64,000 nt of DNA, from assembly GCA_024690885.1 (NCBI GenBank), contig JAILOI010000010.1, positions 1,830 to 65,829 on the forward strand. Direction: 5' to 3'. Below the pieces are notes generated by a model, which did no database searches, was not told the DNA's origin, and saw only the letters and a list, made by a program, of their open reading frames with translations. Of this stretch, positions 1-11,104 are shown one piece after another. Every line of letters starts with the position of its first letter. Position 1 is the stretch's first letter. The position numbers were made by a program, and so were the translations under genes. Source of the stretch: Lachnospiraceae bacterium. GTDB taxonomy: Bacteria > Bacillota > Clostridia > Lachnospirales > Lachnospiraceae.

Positions 1-146
1 ATCTCCACCGTAATGGCGGTGGCACCAGCATCAATGGCGTTTTCCACCAATTCCTTTACTACAGAAGACGGGCGTTCCACCACTTCTCCCGCAGCGATTT
101 TGTCAATTGTCTCTTGATTCAGTAATGCAATCTCGTTTCTTACCAT
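1..146 (-). CDS. mutL: DNA mismatch repair protein MutL, 5' end (runs off window start)
   Basis: Hand translation of minus strand from ATG at 146: [43 protein letters not shown]..., the MutL GHKL N-terminal signature; overlaps mutS stop by 7 nt. Confidence 0.97.
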   Translation of the reverse strand, partial: MVRNEIALLNQETIDKIAAGEVVERPSSVVKELVENAIDAGATAITVE

Positions 147-2788
147 CTGTTATTCACCTTATTATGTAACTCGTTCAATTTATTCAAAGCTTCCAGCGGC
201 GTCATGCTACTGATTTCCAACTGCTTCAAATCACTGATGATATCTTCATCCGTAATGGTATCAAACAAAGAAATCTGTTTTAAATCCACTTCATCCAACT
301 TCTCGGTCTTCTTGGCATTCTGGGAAGCCCCTGGAATCGTAATGCTTCTGGCGATTTCCGCAATGTCATTCTCCACCAGTTCATTCACAATTTCCTTGGC
401 ACGTTCAATCACCGAATCCGGAACACCGGCCAGCTTTGCCACCTGAATACCGTAACTCTTGTCCGCACCACCGGATACAATCTTACGTAAAAAGACAATG
501 TCGTCCCCATTCTCTTTGACTGCAATACAATAATTGTTCACACCCGGCAGCTTGCCCTCCAGCTCCGTTAATTCATGATAATGGGTGGCAAATAAGGTTT
601 TTGCACCTAAGAGTTTCGGATTGGACACATGCTCCACCACGGCCCATGCGATTGCCAATCCATCAAAGGTGGACGTACCGCGACCGATTTCATCCAGAAT
701 CAGTAAGGAAGAGGCCGTGGCATTTCTAAGAATGTTTGCCACTTCGTTCATCTCCACCATGAAGGTACTCTGTCCGCTGGCCAAATCATCGGAAGCACCC
801 ACGCGGGTAAAAATCCGATCCACGATTCCAATATCGGCCTGATCCGCCGGAACAAAGGATCCCATCTGGGCCATCAAAACAATCAGTGCCGTCTGACGCA
901 TATAGGTGGATTTACCTGCCATGTTCGGACCGGTGATAATGGATACCCGCCGTTCCTTGTTATCCAGGTAAGTATCATTCACAATAAACATGTCATTGGG
1001 AATCATCTTCTCAACCACCGGATGACGACCATTCTTAATATCAATCACACCACGTTCGTTGATTTTCGGACGTACGTAATGATTTTTTTCCGCCACATAG
1101 GCCAGGGACAAAAACACATCCAGGTGGGCGATGGCCTTGGCCGTCTTTTGAATGCGGGCCACCTGGGAAGAAATCTGATCAAGAATGCCCATATAGTAAT
1201 CAAATTCCAAATGGGTCAATTTCTCTTCCGCACCGAGAATGGTATTCTCTAACTCCTTTAGCTCCGGCGTATAGTAACGCTCCGCATTGGCCAGCGTCTG
1301 CTTTCGGATAAAGTAATCCGGCACCAAATCCTTATAAGAATTGGTGACCTCCAAATAATATCCGAAGACCTTGTTATACTTCACCTTCAGATTCTTGATG
1401 CCGGTCTTCTCCCGCTCCTTCTGCTCCAGTTCCGCCAACCAGCTTTTGCCGTCGGTGGATGCGTTCCGAAGCATATCCACTTCTTCAGAAAATCCGGATT
1501 TTAAAATACCGCCATCGTGAACGGAAACCGGTGGTTCCTCATCCACCGCTTCCTCAATCAACTGATACAAATCCGTCAAGGAATCACAATCCCCATGGAT
1601 GTTCTCCAACACCTGGCCCTGAAATTCCGAAAGCACCGTCTTAATGGCCGGAATCACTTCAATGGAGTGTTTAAATGCAATCAAATCTCTTGGATTGGCG
1701 CTACGATAAGAAATACGGGTCATCAAACGTTCCAGATCATAGACCGGATTTAAATATTCCCGAAGTTCTTCTCTGGAAATCATATGTTCATTCAACGATG
1801 CAATGGCATCCAGCCGGGCATTGATTTCTTTTTTGGAAATCAATGGTTGTTCCAGAAACGATCGTAACGCACGGGCACCCATGGCAGTTTTGGTTTTATC
1901 CAACACCCATAACAGGGAACCCCGCTTTTCTTTTTCCCGCATGGTTTCCACCAGTTCCAAATTACGGAAGGTGGAACTGTCCATCAGCATGAAATTGCCG
2001 CTGACATATGGGGTAATATGGGTCAGGTGTGCCAGATCCGACTTCTGGGTATCCGTCAGATAGGAAAGCAAGGCACCGGCCGCCGTAGCACCCAATCGAA
2101 AATCACCAAGTCCCAGGCTTGCAAGAGAATTAACTTTAAAGTGTTCCAGCAACACCTTGGAGGCATAGCTATCTTCAAAATAATCATTGGATAAGGTGGA
2201 AAACGCCAGGTGGAACCGGTCTTTTAACTGATCCTCCTTGATGCCACTCATGCAAAACATCTCGTTGGTCACCAGTTCCGACGGAGTATATCTGGAAAGC
2301 TCATCCATAAACTTGGGCTCTTCGTCCACTTCCGTCACAAAGAAATCACCGGTGGTCAAATCACAGATAGCCACCCCAAACTGATCCTGAGAGTAGTCCA
2401 CACACATCAGATAATTGTTCTTGGTCTCATCCATGGACATGGTATCTAAGTTGGTACCAGGAGTAACAATCCGCACCACTTCCCGCTTCACCATTCCCTT
2501 GGCTTCCTTTGGATCTTCCACCTGTTCACAGATTGCTACTTTATAGCCCTTGGCAACCAGGCGGGTCAGGTAGGTATCTGCTGCATGAAAGGGAACCCCG
2601 CACATGGGAGCGCGCTCCTCCATTCCACAGGCCTTTCCGGTCAATGTCAATTCCAATTCTCTGGATACCGTCTTGGCATCCTCAAAAAACATTTCGTAGA
2701 AATCTCCTAAGCGGTAAAACAAGATGCAATCCTTGTACTGCTCCTTGGTATCTAGATAATGTTGCATCATTGGTGTAAATTCACCCAT
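140..2788 (-). CDS. mutS: DNA mismatch repair protein MutS
   Basis: TPMMQHY...GDFYEMF mismatch-binding motif, Walker [26 protein letters not shown]. Confidence 0.98.
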   Translation of the reverse strand: MGEFTPMMQHYLDTKEQYKDCILFYRLGDFYEMFFEDAKTVSRELELTLTGKACGMEERAPMCGVPFHAADTYLTRLVAKGYKVAICEQVEDPKEAKGMVKREVVRIVTPGTNLDTMSMDETKNNYLMCVDYSQDQFGVAICDLTTGDFFVTEVDEEPKFMDELSRYTPSELVTNEMFCMSGIKEDQLKDRFHLAFSTLSNDYFEDSYASKVLLEHFKVNSLASLGLGDFRLGATAAGALLSYLTDTQKSDLAHLTHITPYVSGNFMLMDSSTFRNLELVETMREKEKRGSLLWVLDKTKTAMGARALRSFLEQPLISKKEINARLDAIASLNEHMISREELREYLNPVYDLERLMTRISYRSANPRDLIAFKHSIEVIPAIKTVLSEFQGQVLENIHGDCDSLTDLYQLIEEAVDEEPPVSVHDGGILKSGFSEEVDMLRNASTDGKSWLAELEQKEREKTGIKNLKVKYNKVFGYYLEVTNSYKDLVPDYFIRKQTLANAERYYTPELKELENTILGAEEKLTHLEFDYYMGILDQISSQVARIQKTAKAIAHLDVFLSLAYVAEKNHYVRPKINERGVIDIKNGRHPVVEKMIPNDMFIVNDTYLDNKERRVSIITGPNMAGKSTYMRQTALIVLMAQMGSFVPADQADIGIVDRIFTRVGASDDLASGQSTFMVEMNEVANILRNATASSLLILDEIGRGTSTFDGLAIAWAVVEHVSNPKLLGAKTLFATHYHELTELEGKLPGVNNYCIAVKENGDDIVFLRKIVSGGADKSYGIQVAKLAGVPDSVIERAKEIVNELVENDIAEIARSITIPGASQNAKKTEKLDEVDLKQISLFDTITDEDIISDLKQLEISSMTPLEALNKLNELHNKVNNRW

Positions 2789-2805
2789 GTCTCTAACTTC
2801 TTCCT

Positions 2806-4407
2806 TTACTCTTGGTTTAATGTCGCTATTATTGCTTCCGCAACCTTCAATCCATCCATAGCTGCAGAGGTGATTCCACCGGCATATCCGGCGCCTTCAC
2901 CACAGGGATATAATCCCTTGATATTACTTTCAAATCCCGAATCTCGCGGAATACGTACCGGAGAAGAGGTCCGACTCTCCACTCCGGAGAGAATCGCGTC
3001 GTCTCTGGTATACCCCGACATCTTTCGATCAAACAATTCCATACCTTTTAAAAAGCTGGCATTGATATCCTCTGAAAAGAGCGGACGCAAATTGGCAAAT
3101 GCGCTTCCACCCTTGTTTTCAGAAGCAAACGAACCATATGCACTGCTGGGACGATTCGCCCGAAAATCCGCAAGCAACTGTTGCGGAATGCGACCACCAC
3201 CCAGGGCATAGGCCTCTTCTTCCAACTGCCGCTGATAGGCAATGGCACCTAAGGGATCCGTTAAGGAATACTCCCCGGCTCCCACCGATACAATAATGGC
3301 CGAATTGGCATTCTTCGAATTTCGTCCGGAATAACTCATACCATTCACCGCCAGGCGTCCCTCCTCCGAAGAGGCGTTCACCACATAGCCGCCGGGACAC
3401 ATGCAGAAGGAATATACCCCACGACCGTTCTCTAAAGTAGTGGCCAACTTATACGGGGATGGCGGTAACACATCCATATATTTTGTACCATACTGATGCT
3501 CATTGATAAACGCCTGTGGATGTTCCACACGAAAGCCTACCGCAAATTCCTTGGCCTGCATGGCCACCTTGGACGCATACAGCATCCGGAAGGTATCTCT
3601 GGCGGAATGACCGATGGCTAGAACCACCTGTTTACAAGTAATGGATTCTCCCGTCTCTAAGGTAACGGAAGTAATAGACGGGGTCGCTTCCCCACTCGTT
3701 GTAAATCCAACAACTTTGGAATGAAAACGAACCGTTCCGCCCAGTGCCAGAATTTCCTGACGCATGCTACGCACCACATCCATTAAAATATCCGTACCGA
3801 TGTGGGGCTTGGCATCATAAGCAATGGATGCCGGAGCACCATGGCGAATAAATGTATCTAACACATAGTGATTCCGTCCGAATTTGTCCTTCACCACCGT
3901 ATTTAACTTTCCATCGGAAAAGGTACCGGCTCCACCTTCTCCAAACTGTACGTTGGAGTCCGGCTTTAGGCGCCCTTCTTTCCAAAAAGCTTCCACATCC
4001 GCTTTTCGCTCATCCACCGGCGCGCCTCGCTCAATCAGAATGGGCTTGCATCCGGCTTTTGCCAGCGCATAGGCTGCAAACAAACCGGCTGGACCTGCTC
4101 CGATGACCACCGGAGGCAACACGGATGTTGCAGATGGAATCCGGTATTCCTTCGGGGCATAAACCGAAGCGGCAATCTTTTTCTTTTGCAATCGCTTTAA
4201 GATGTCCGGTTCTTTTTTTCCACAGGAAAAGGCCAGAGCGTAAACAATCCACACCTCTGGCTTTTTACGTGCGTCAATGGAGCGCTTCACCACCTTCAAC
4301 CTGGAAATTTCATCCGCGCCAACTCCGCATATATGTGAAATTTTCTGAATCAGAATCTCCATGGAATCGGATTCCACGGCCACTTTGACTTGTTGTATGA
4401 GTATCAT
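2806..4407 (-). CDS. Uncharacterised FAD-dependent dehydrogenase (COG2509-like)
   Basis: GAGPAG Rossmann motif, GEGGAGTFSDGKL, FCMCPGG, GEGAGYAGGITSAAMDG. Confidence 0.9.
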   Translation of the reverse strand: MILIQQVKVAVESDSMEILIQKISHICGVGADEISRLKVVKRSIDARKKPEVWIVYALAFSCGKKEPDILKRLQKKKIAASVYAPKEYRIPSATSVLPPVVIGAGPAGLFAAYALAKAGCKPILIERGAPVDERKADVEAFWKEGRLKPDSNVQFGEGGAGTFSDGKLNTVVKDKFGRNHYVLDTFIRHGAPASIAYDAKPHIGTDILMDVVRSMRQEILALGGTVRFHSKVVGFTTSGEATPSITSVTLETGESITCKQVVLAIGHSARDTFRMLYASKVAMQAKEFAVGFRVEHPQAFINEHQYGTKYMDVLPPSPYKLATTLENGRGVYSFCMCPGGYVVNASSEEGRLAVNGMSYSGRNSKNANSAIIVSVGAGEYSLTDPLGAIAYQRQLEEEAYALGGGRIPQQLLADFRANRPSSAYGSFASENKGGSAFANLRPLFSEDINASFLKGMELFDRKMSGYTRDDAILSGVESRTSSPVRIPRDSGFESNIKGLYPCGEGAGYAGGITSAAMDGLKVAEAIIATLNQE

Positions 4408-5609
4408 AAAAGCTCCTTTGCTGCATGGCTGCCGGCTACATAGCCGCTACTCCAAGCCCATTGCAGATTATACCCTCCACAGATACCATCCACATGCAAT
4501 ACTTCTCCTGCAAAATAGAGCCCCTGATGAATGCGAGACTCCATGGTCTCACAAGAAATCTCTTTCATAGAAATTCCACCACCGGTGGTTTGGGCTGCCC
4601 CAAATCCCATGGTTTGTGAAATTCCAACGGTAATCTCATGAAGTGCCTGCCAATATCCATCTACAGAAGTTGGCGCATCGCCGGAAAACACACAATCAAT
4701 CAATGCCTTCGGCAAACATCCGAAGAACACCTCTTCCGGCTTTGTATAGCCCAGTGCCAGACGTCCTTCTACGAACCCATGGAAGGCACTTCGCTCCATG
4801 GTAGGGAGAAAATCAATGGAAACCATGGGTTTATTGCCCATCGCCAGAGCTTCTGCCACCGCCCCGCTGATTTGAAATACCGGGATTCCGGAGATGCCCT
4901 GTTTGGTAATCTGTAGCTCCCCCACATCCGAGCAATCCTTCCCATCCATGGTTTGGGTGGAAACACGGGCCTGCACCCGAACTCCTGCCGCCTCCTTAAA
5001 GGGATGCTTGATACACCCCAGCGGAACCAAGGACGGATATGGCCGAATCAGTGTATGGCCCAACCGCTCTCCGAAGGAAAATCCGCTGCCATCACTACCG
5101 GTGTTCGGCGCTGCCTTGCCGCCGGTGGTCAGAATGCAGGCATCCGCCCTCAGCTCTCCTTCTGTGGTTGTTACAACAAATCCCTGTTCAGCACAGGCGA
5201 TTCCCTTCACCCGACAATTGAGTTTAAGAGTAACTTCCAGACGTTGTAATTCCAACTCCAATGCACGCCGCACCGAGGCTGCCTGGTTCGACATGGGATA
5301 TACATATCCATTGCGCTCCACCGGAAGAATGCCAAGAGATTCAAAAAAACCAATGGTTTCCTCCACAGGAAACTGCTGATATACCCCCCACATTCCATCC
5401 GGATCATCACTGTGATAACAGGATGGATGCTGATGTTCATTGGTATAATTGCAGCGTCCGTTACCGGTGGCCAGGATTTTCCTGCCAATCTGATCATTGC
5501 CATCGATGAGCACCACCCGCAACTTGGGATTTTCTCTGGCAGCTGCAATGGCTGCCATACAGCCGGAAGCTCCGGCTCCCACCACAATCAATGTCTTACC
5601 AACACTCAT
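4404..5609 (-). CDS. HI0933/YhiN-family flavoprotein (NAD(P)/FAD oxidoreductase)
   Basis: GAGASG, GRKILATGNGRCNYTN, GE..DG.CGGYNLQWAWSSG family motifs. Confidence 0.92.
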   Translation of the reverse strand: MSVGKTLIVVGAGASGCMAAIAAARENPKLRVVLIDGNDQIGRKILATGNGRCNYTNEHQHPSCYHSDDPDGMWGVYQQFPVEETIGFFESLGILPVERNGYVYPMSNQAASVRRALELELQRLEVTLKLNCRVKGIACAEQGFVVTTTEGELRADACILTTGGKAAPNTGSDGSGFSFGERLGHTLIRPYPSLVPLGCIKHPFKEAAGVRVQARVSTQTMDGKDCSDVGELQITKQGISGIPVFQISGAVAEALAMGNKPMVSIDFLPTMERSAFHGFVEGRLALGYTKPEEVFFGCLPKALIDCVFSGDAPTSVDGYWQALHEITVGISQTMGFGAAQTTGGGISMKEISCETMESRIHQGLYFAGEVLHVDGICGGYNLQWAWSSGYVAGSHAAKELL

Positions 5610-5625
5610 GGATTTACGCTCCTAC

Positions 5626-7281
5626 CTACATCAGATGCAGTTTCTTGGCGATGCCAATGAATACCACACCCTTTGGTAATGTGCGAAGCTCACTTTCCGT
5701 AATGCCTCGCATCAAAATCATCAAAACAAAATATACGAACATACCTACAATGATTCCGGCAATACAAGCAACCGCATTCATGGAGGTGATGGCAAACAAT
5801 CCGCGGTAAACCAGCCATACCACAAGTCCCATGCCTACCGATGCTCCGCAAGGAATCAAGAAGGTTTTTAATATATCCAAGGATACGCCGCTATAACGAC
5901 GCAACGCCATATGATTCAATATTGCCATCATAAAGCCATAGAATGCATTGGCCAATACGGCCGCATAAATATGGAGATGGAATACCTGTAATGCCACCAC
6001 CAGAAAGACAATCTGTGCCACCAAGGCAATGGCTGCATTACGCACCGGAATGCGCATCCGATCGATTCCCTGCAGCAATCCGTTGGATAATGTGGACCAG
6101 GAGAAAAAGATAATCGGTGCTGCACCAATCTGCATCATGTATGCACTGGTTGGATCCGGATCGTTGAATAACAACTGCATAATCGGACCGGCCAACACCG
6201 CCATACCGATGGTACACGGAAATGCAATCAGCATAATAAATCGGGTGGCCAACCGGATTCTCCGCTGCATCATCATGGTATTGCCTTCCTGATAAGCCGA
6301 AGCCAAGGAAGGAACCGAAGAAGCAGCCATGGCAGAGGCAATGGAAATCGGTACATTGATTAATACAATATACTGACCGGCAAATACACCCCACCATTCG
6401 GAAATCTGGGTTTTGTCATATCCCTGTAAATTAACAATGTTCTTAAAAATGCCCTGGTCAATGATGGCGCTGACGTTGTACAAGGTGGTACTAAGCAGTA
6501 CCGGCACAATGGTCAAAATCAACACCTTCATAATGGTGCCATAGCTTTCCGTGGAATGATGGGCATCCCGACGCATCTTCTTCTTGATGACCCGACGATA
6601 CACCAAAATCATAAAGCCCATAAACAACAGGGCCACAAAAGCCCCCGCTGCGGTACCGATGGTACCACCGGCCGCGCCATAGGCTCCGGCCACATGCTTC
6701 GTATCTCCAAGAATCGCACCTGCCTTCAAGCCATAAGAAAACAGATAGTATGCCGCTGCCACACTGACAATGGCATTGACAATCTGTTCAAAAATCTGGG
6801 AAAAGGCACTGGGCATCATGGTATGTAATCCCTGGAAAAATCCACGAATGACACCAACAATTGCCACAATCAAAAGTACCGGTGCAAGCACCCGTAAGGC
6901 CAACGCGGCCAGCGGTGTTTTCAATAGGTTTCCGCAGAAAAAGTCTGCACCAAAAAACACCACCAGCATGGCCGCTCCGCCACTGATCGTCGCAAACAAA
7001 AGCGCTCCCTTAAACACCCGCCAAGCATTCTTGTACTCCTTGTCCGCCATCCGTGTTGCTACCAACTTGGATACGGCCAAAGGAATGCTGTAGGAAGATA
7101 TAATCAATATGATGTTGTATACTTCGTAGGCGGTTCCATAACAGTCATTACCGGTCTTGCCAATAATCTGCGTCAAAGGCGCACGATACAACAAGCCGAT
7201 GATACGACTGATAATGGATGCAATGGCCAAGATGGACCCTTGCATTAAAAAGTTGGAATCGCTTCTCTTTCTCTGATTCAT
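5626..7281 (-). CDS. MOP-superfamily flippase (YtgP/MurJ/SpoVB-like polysaccharide biosynthesis protein)
   Basis: Many hydrophobic helices; ISRIIGLLYR, IPLAVSKLVA, RGFFQG, SQIFEQ motifs. Confidence 0.88.
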   Translation of the reverse strand: MNQRKRSDSNFLMQGSILAIASIISRIIGLLYRAPLTQIIGKTGNDCYGTAYEVYNIILIISSYSIPLAVSKLVATRMADKEYKNAWRVFKGALLFATISGGAAMLVVFFGADFFCGNLLKTPLAALALRVLAPVLLIVAIVGVIRGFFQGLHTMMPSAFSQIFEQIVNAIVSVAAAYYLFSYGLKAGAILGDTKHVAGAYGAAGGTIGTAAGAFVALLFMGFMILVYRRVIKKKMRRDAHHSTESYGTIMKVLILTIVPVLLSTTLYNVSAIIDQGIFKNIVNLQGYDKTQISEWWGVFAGQYIVLINVPISIASAMAASSVPSLASAYQEGNTMMMQRRIRLATRFIMLIAFPCTIGMAVLAGPIMQLLFNDPDPTSAYMMQIGAAPIIFFSWSTLSNGLLQGIDRMRIPVRNAAIALVAQIVFLVVALQVFHLHIYAAVLANAFYGFMMAILNHMALRRYSGVSLDILKTFLIPCGASVGMGLVVWLVYRGLFAITSMNAVACIAGIIVGMFVYFVLMILMRGITESELRTLPKGVVFIGIAKKLHLM

Positions 7282-7289
7282 AGGTCGTC

Positions 7290-8387
7290 TTATTTATCCT
7301 TAAATTCATCTACGGTTGCGTAGAATTTGTTGTCCTCTGCGTTCTGTGTCTCAATTAAGCAAACCCAAGTCTGGCCCGGATTGATTTCAATCTCATTGCC
7401 GCTCTTGTCATAGTAATGTGTCACTGCAGACTCGGTTTCTTTTTCCCAAGTTACATCAATCATCTTACCATTGGTGAAATACTTGCCTTCGCCGGAACCA
7501 TCCACCGGAATATTTAAGTACTGTGTGCCTTCATAAATAGAGCTTGGGCAGTTCTTGAAGATGACATTCTTCACTGCAACCTGCTCACCATCGATGGCAT
7601 CCACCTGCTTCTCGCCAAACTCGAAGCGCTCATACAAACCGGTCTCCTTGTTATAAATGAAGTATGGCTCGTTGTCCAAGAAATATGGCACGATAACCTG
7701 GCAATCCTCGCCGTCAGCCAACATGTTCTCTTCTTTTGCAAACTGGAAATATCCATTGTAGTCTTCGTTGTAAACGCTGCGATAATTCTTGATTTCCATA
7801 CCCTTCTTGATGCCTTCGCCGGAAGCGTACGCATTATGAGGTGCCTTCTTGTCAGAAGTACGGAAGAATACAGAGGTATCTACCTCTCCGTCCAAACCAC
7901 TCAAATTATCTACAATACCGGTCTCTAACAAGGTTAAGCCCTGGATACTCTGTCCAAAATGTACATAGATGGCATCATATTCGGATGCGATGAATGCATA
8001 GTACGGACGACAGCTACGTACATTACCAATCTGATCAAGGGCAAATGCCGTCTTTTGATCATAGATTGCCATCATACGGGTAATACCACCCTCAACCGGG
8101 CACTCATACAATACACCGGCCTGATTCAAACCATACTGAGGCAGTGCAATGTGGGTGTTCTCGGTCATAACAGCGATGGGACGAAGCTTGGTTTCCTCTT
8201 CGGTCTCCACCGGCAAACCGGTCAATACACTATAAAATCCGGTATCTTCCAGCTCATTATTCTCCAACTCTTCGGTCACTTCTGCAATGGATTCCGGCTC
8301 TTCGGCCTCCTTGCTACCGCATGCAACCATGGAAAAAGCAAGCGCCCCAACTAACATTGCGCTTAATACGCGTCTCCAATTTTTCAT
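7290..8387 (-). CDS. DUF3048 (YerB-like) lipoprotein
   Basis: Signal peptide with lipobox MVAC; PQYGL..A..LYE..VEGGITR, GNVRSCRPY, APHNAY. Confidence 0.88.
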   Translation of the reverse strand: MKNWRRVLSAMLVGALAFSMVACGSKEAEEPESIAEVTEELENNELEDTGFYSVLTGLPVETEEETKLRPIAVMTENTHIALPQYGLNQAGVLYECPVEGGITRMMAIYDQKTAFALDQIGNVRSCRPYYAFIASEYDAIYVHFGQSIQGLTLLETGIVDNLSGLDGEVDTSVFFRTSDKKAPHNAYASGEGIKKGMEIKNYRSVYNEDYNGYFQFAKEENMLADGEDCQVIVPYFLDNEPYFIYNKETGLYERFEFGEKQVDAIDGEQVAVKNVIFKNCPSSIYEGTQYLNIPVDGSGEGKYFTNGKMIDVTWEKETESAVTHYYDKSGNEIEINPGQTWVCLIETQNAEDNKFYATVDEFKDK

Positions 8388-8899
8388 TATTGTTCCTCCT
8401 TTGTTGTTCGGTCTATATGTAATGCACGAAGAATTGCTTCCTGACGTGCCTCCATATCCAATCTCTCTGCATCCTCCATATGATCGTAGCCCATCAGATG
8501 CAGCATACTATGGGCAATCAAAAAGGCATATTCCCGCATCACACTATGGCCAAATTCCTCGGCCTGGGAAACCACCTTTGGTACACACAGGACAATATCA
8601 CCCAAAATGCATTCTCCGCTATCCGGATTGAAAATATCCATAGAATCCTCCAGCTTGGAAAAATCTCCCGGAGCCGGATAATCAATCTGCGGGAAGGATA
8701 ACACGTCCGTCGGACGATCCATGTCTCGAAATTCCCGGTTGATTTCGTGAATTTCATCAAGTCCGGTTAAGGTCAAGGAGACTTCCGTCTCATAAGGAAA
8801 GTCCTCGGATTCCAGTGCTTGTTCCACAACCTGACGCGCCACCTGTTTGTAATCAAAGGTAAATGGAATCTGGATTTCTTCTTCAATCAACAGGGTCAT
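8387..8899 (-). CDS. ybeY: rRNA maturation RNase YbeY
   Basis: NREFR..DRPTDVLSFP, LGDIV, HSMLHLMGYDH zinc motif. Confidence 0.97.
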   Translation of the reverse strand: MTLLIEEEIQIPFTFDYKQVARQVVEQALESEDFPYETEVSLTLTGLDEIHEINREFRDMDRPTDVLSFPQIDYPAPGDFSKLEDSMDIFNPDSGECILGDIVLCVPKVVSQAEEFGHSVMREYAFLIAHSMLHLMGYDHMEDAERLDMEARQEAILRALHIDRTTKEEQ

Positions 8900-10089
8900 A
8901 ACAAATCTCCTTCCCGAACCAATCGCTCCCGAATTTTTAAGAACTGATTGATACTAATTCCGGAGTTGTCGTAAACCCCGTTGTTGGAAAACTCATTCAA
9001 TGTCTGATAGATGACCATATCCTGATTCCAGGCACTGGCCATCGTGCTTTCGCCTAAGACTTCGATTTTGGTTACCAGGGAATCCACCATATGAACGATG
9101 GCCGATTCCTTGGTGCTTGGAAACCGCTCTAGCGCACCAAATTCTGCAAGTATGGTAATTACCGCCGGTGGCAGACAATGATTGTATGCCGCTTTCACGC
9201 CATTTTTCACCTCCGGTTCACCAATCACCTTACCCAGGCGATAATACAGGCCACCCGCCATAGCCACCTTCGGGTCGGCACCGATTTCTCTGGCGCATAC
9301 ACCGGCAAGGTTGGAAACCTTCCGGGCATGCTCGTATTCCTTATAGGAAAAGCGACGAATATCCTGTAACAAGGGATATTCATCATCCATCAGATTTTCA
9401 TAAACCAGCGCCTCTTCCCGATGATCAATCTGTAACATCCACCGATATACGATGGCCACAAACAACAGAACCACCAGAGCCACAATCCCAACCATAGGGG
9501 CCGTGGACATAGGCATGGATAAGAAGGCCAGGTAATAAAAGACCAAGGTCAACAGTACGTATCCGCAGGCAGCCAGCACCCCAAACACCAGGGCGTAACG
9601 TCCAAAGGACTGCTTCATGGCATCTGCAATCAACGAACCGAATATAATCAAAAGAATATAACTAAAATAAATATAAATACCATAATCACAGGTAATGCAC
9701 ATCACACAGGCAAAATAGATGCCCATGCTGATGGCCAGCGTTCCTTCTAAGACGGAATACAGAAAGAACGGAATGAGAATCATGGGTGCAAAAAAGCTGG
9801 GCACATAAGAAAACCCTATGACAAGCCCCCAGCACAACAGCACCATCAAAAACAACCGTCGATAGTCCGTCCCGTTGTAGGTCAGTCCTGCTGTTTTTCG
9901 TTTGCGCATCAAGCAAAACAGAAAGCAACCGAAAAATAAAATCAGCATGACTCCCAGACAAAAGATTTCATCCCACAATATATGATTTTTGATGGCGAAA
10001 AACAGCATGCCAAACAGACACAACAAAAAGGTTCCCGTTAAGTAGAGCTTTCGATAAATGGGAATCCGATCTTCTCGCAATTCTATCAT
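8896..10089 (-). CDS. Multi-TM membrane protein with degenerate C-terminal HD domain (PgpH/YqfF-like)
   Basis: About 7-8 TM segments, then HD-like region EHARKVSNLA...GGLYYRLGK...P.TKESAIVHMVD; located between phoH and ybeY as yqfF/pgpH is in Bacillus. Confidence 0.75.
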   Translation of the reverse strand: MIELREDRIPIYRKLYLTGTFLLCLFGMLFFAIKNHILWDEIFCLGVMLILFFGCFLFCLMRKRKTAGLTYNGTDYRRLFLMVLLCWGLVIGFSYVPSFFAPMILIPFFLYSVLEGTLAISMGIYFACVMCITCDYGIYIYFSYILLIIFGSLIADAMKQSFGRYALVFGVLAACGYVLLTLVFYYLAFLSMPMSTAPMVGIVALVVLLFVAIVYRWMLQIDHREEALVYENLMDDEYPLLQDIRRFSYKEYEHARKVSNLAGVCAREIGADPKVAMAGGLYYRLGKVIGEPEVKNGVKAAYNHCLPPAVITILAEFGALERFPSTKESAIVHMVDSLVTKIEVLGESTMASAWNQDMVIYQTLNEFSNNGVYDNSGISINQFLKIRERLVREGDLL

Positions 10090-11084
10090 TTCTTTACAGC
10101 CTTATTCCTTTTATTTTGTAGTCGCTCCTGCTTCTTCTCATAGTCCTCATAGGCAGTTACGATTTTCTGAACCAATGGATGACGTACCACATCTTGGCCC
10201 GTTAGATTACAAACCGCAATGTCCTCCACATGGGCAAGCACCTTCATGGCCACATCCAAACCGGAGGTCACATCCTTCGGCAAATCCTTCTGGGTTTGGT
10301 CACCGGTGACCACGCACTTGGAACCAAATCCAATACGGGTCAAAAACATCTTCATCTGAGCCGGTGTGGTATTCTGAGCCTCGTCTAAGATAATAAACGC
10401 ATTATCTAACGTACGTCCTCGCATATACGCAAGCGGCGCCACTTCAATCAGCCCCTTCTCCATATTCCGCTGAAAACTATCCGCTCCCATAATCTGATAG
10501 AGCGCATCATAGAGTGGACGAAGATATGGATCCACCTTGCTCTGTAAATCACCGGGAAGAAATCCCAGCTTCTCTCCTGCTTCGATGGCCGGACGTGTCA
10601 AAATAATACGACTCACTTCTTCCGCCTGGAATGCCGTGATGGCCATCGCCATGGCAAGATAGGTTTTACCGGTTCCCGCCGGTCCAATGCCAAAGGTAAT
10701 CATCTGATTGCGAATGGCATCCACATACTTCTTCTGGCCCATGGTTTTTGGTTTTACCGGCTTGCCGGATATGGTATGACAGATGGTGTCCCCATCCATC
10801 GCAAGCATGTCATGATTTTGAATGGATTCCTTTAAGGAAATCGCATAATTTACATTCTGATCCGTAATTTCATTTCCTCTCTTTGATAATTCATAAAGTT
10901 CCATCAGGATATCTCTGGCATAAAACACCGAGGAGGATGCCCCGGAAATCTTCAGCCCATCGCCCCGTGCAGTGACCTGCACCGATAACAGATGTTCAAT
11001 TTTCTTCAAATGTCGATCAAACTGTCCAAAGATATTGGATTGATGGTCTGTAGGGATATCCAACATCAACTGTGTATCACTCAT
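10086..11084 (-). CDS. phoH: PhoH-family ATPase
   Basis: GPAGTGKT, RPAIEAGEKLGFLPGD, LAYMRGRTL, DEAQN. Confidence 0.96.
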   Translation of the reverse strand: MSDTQLMLDIPTDHQSNIFGQFDRHLKKIEHLLSVQVTARGDGLKISGASSSVFYARDILMELYELSKRGNEITDQNVNYAISLKESIQNHDMLAMDGDTICHTISGKPVKPKTMGQKKYVDAIRNQMITFGIGPAGTGKTYLAMAMAITAFQAEEVSRIILTRPAIEAGEKLGFLPGDLQSKVDPYLRPLYDALYQIMGADSFQRNMEKGLIEVAPLAYMRGRTLDNAFIILDEAQNTTPAQMKMFLTRIGFGSKCVVTGDQTQKDLPKDVTSGLDVAMKVLAHVEDIAVCNLTGQDVVRHPLVQKIVTAYEDYEKKQERLQNKRNKAVKK

Positions 11085-11104
11085 CTTCGAAGCCTTCCTC
11101 GTAA

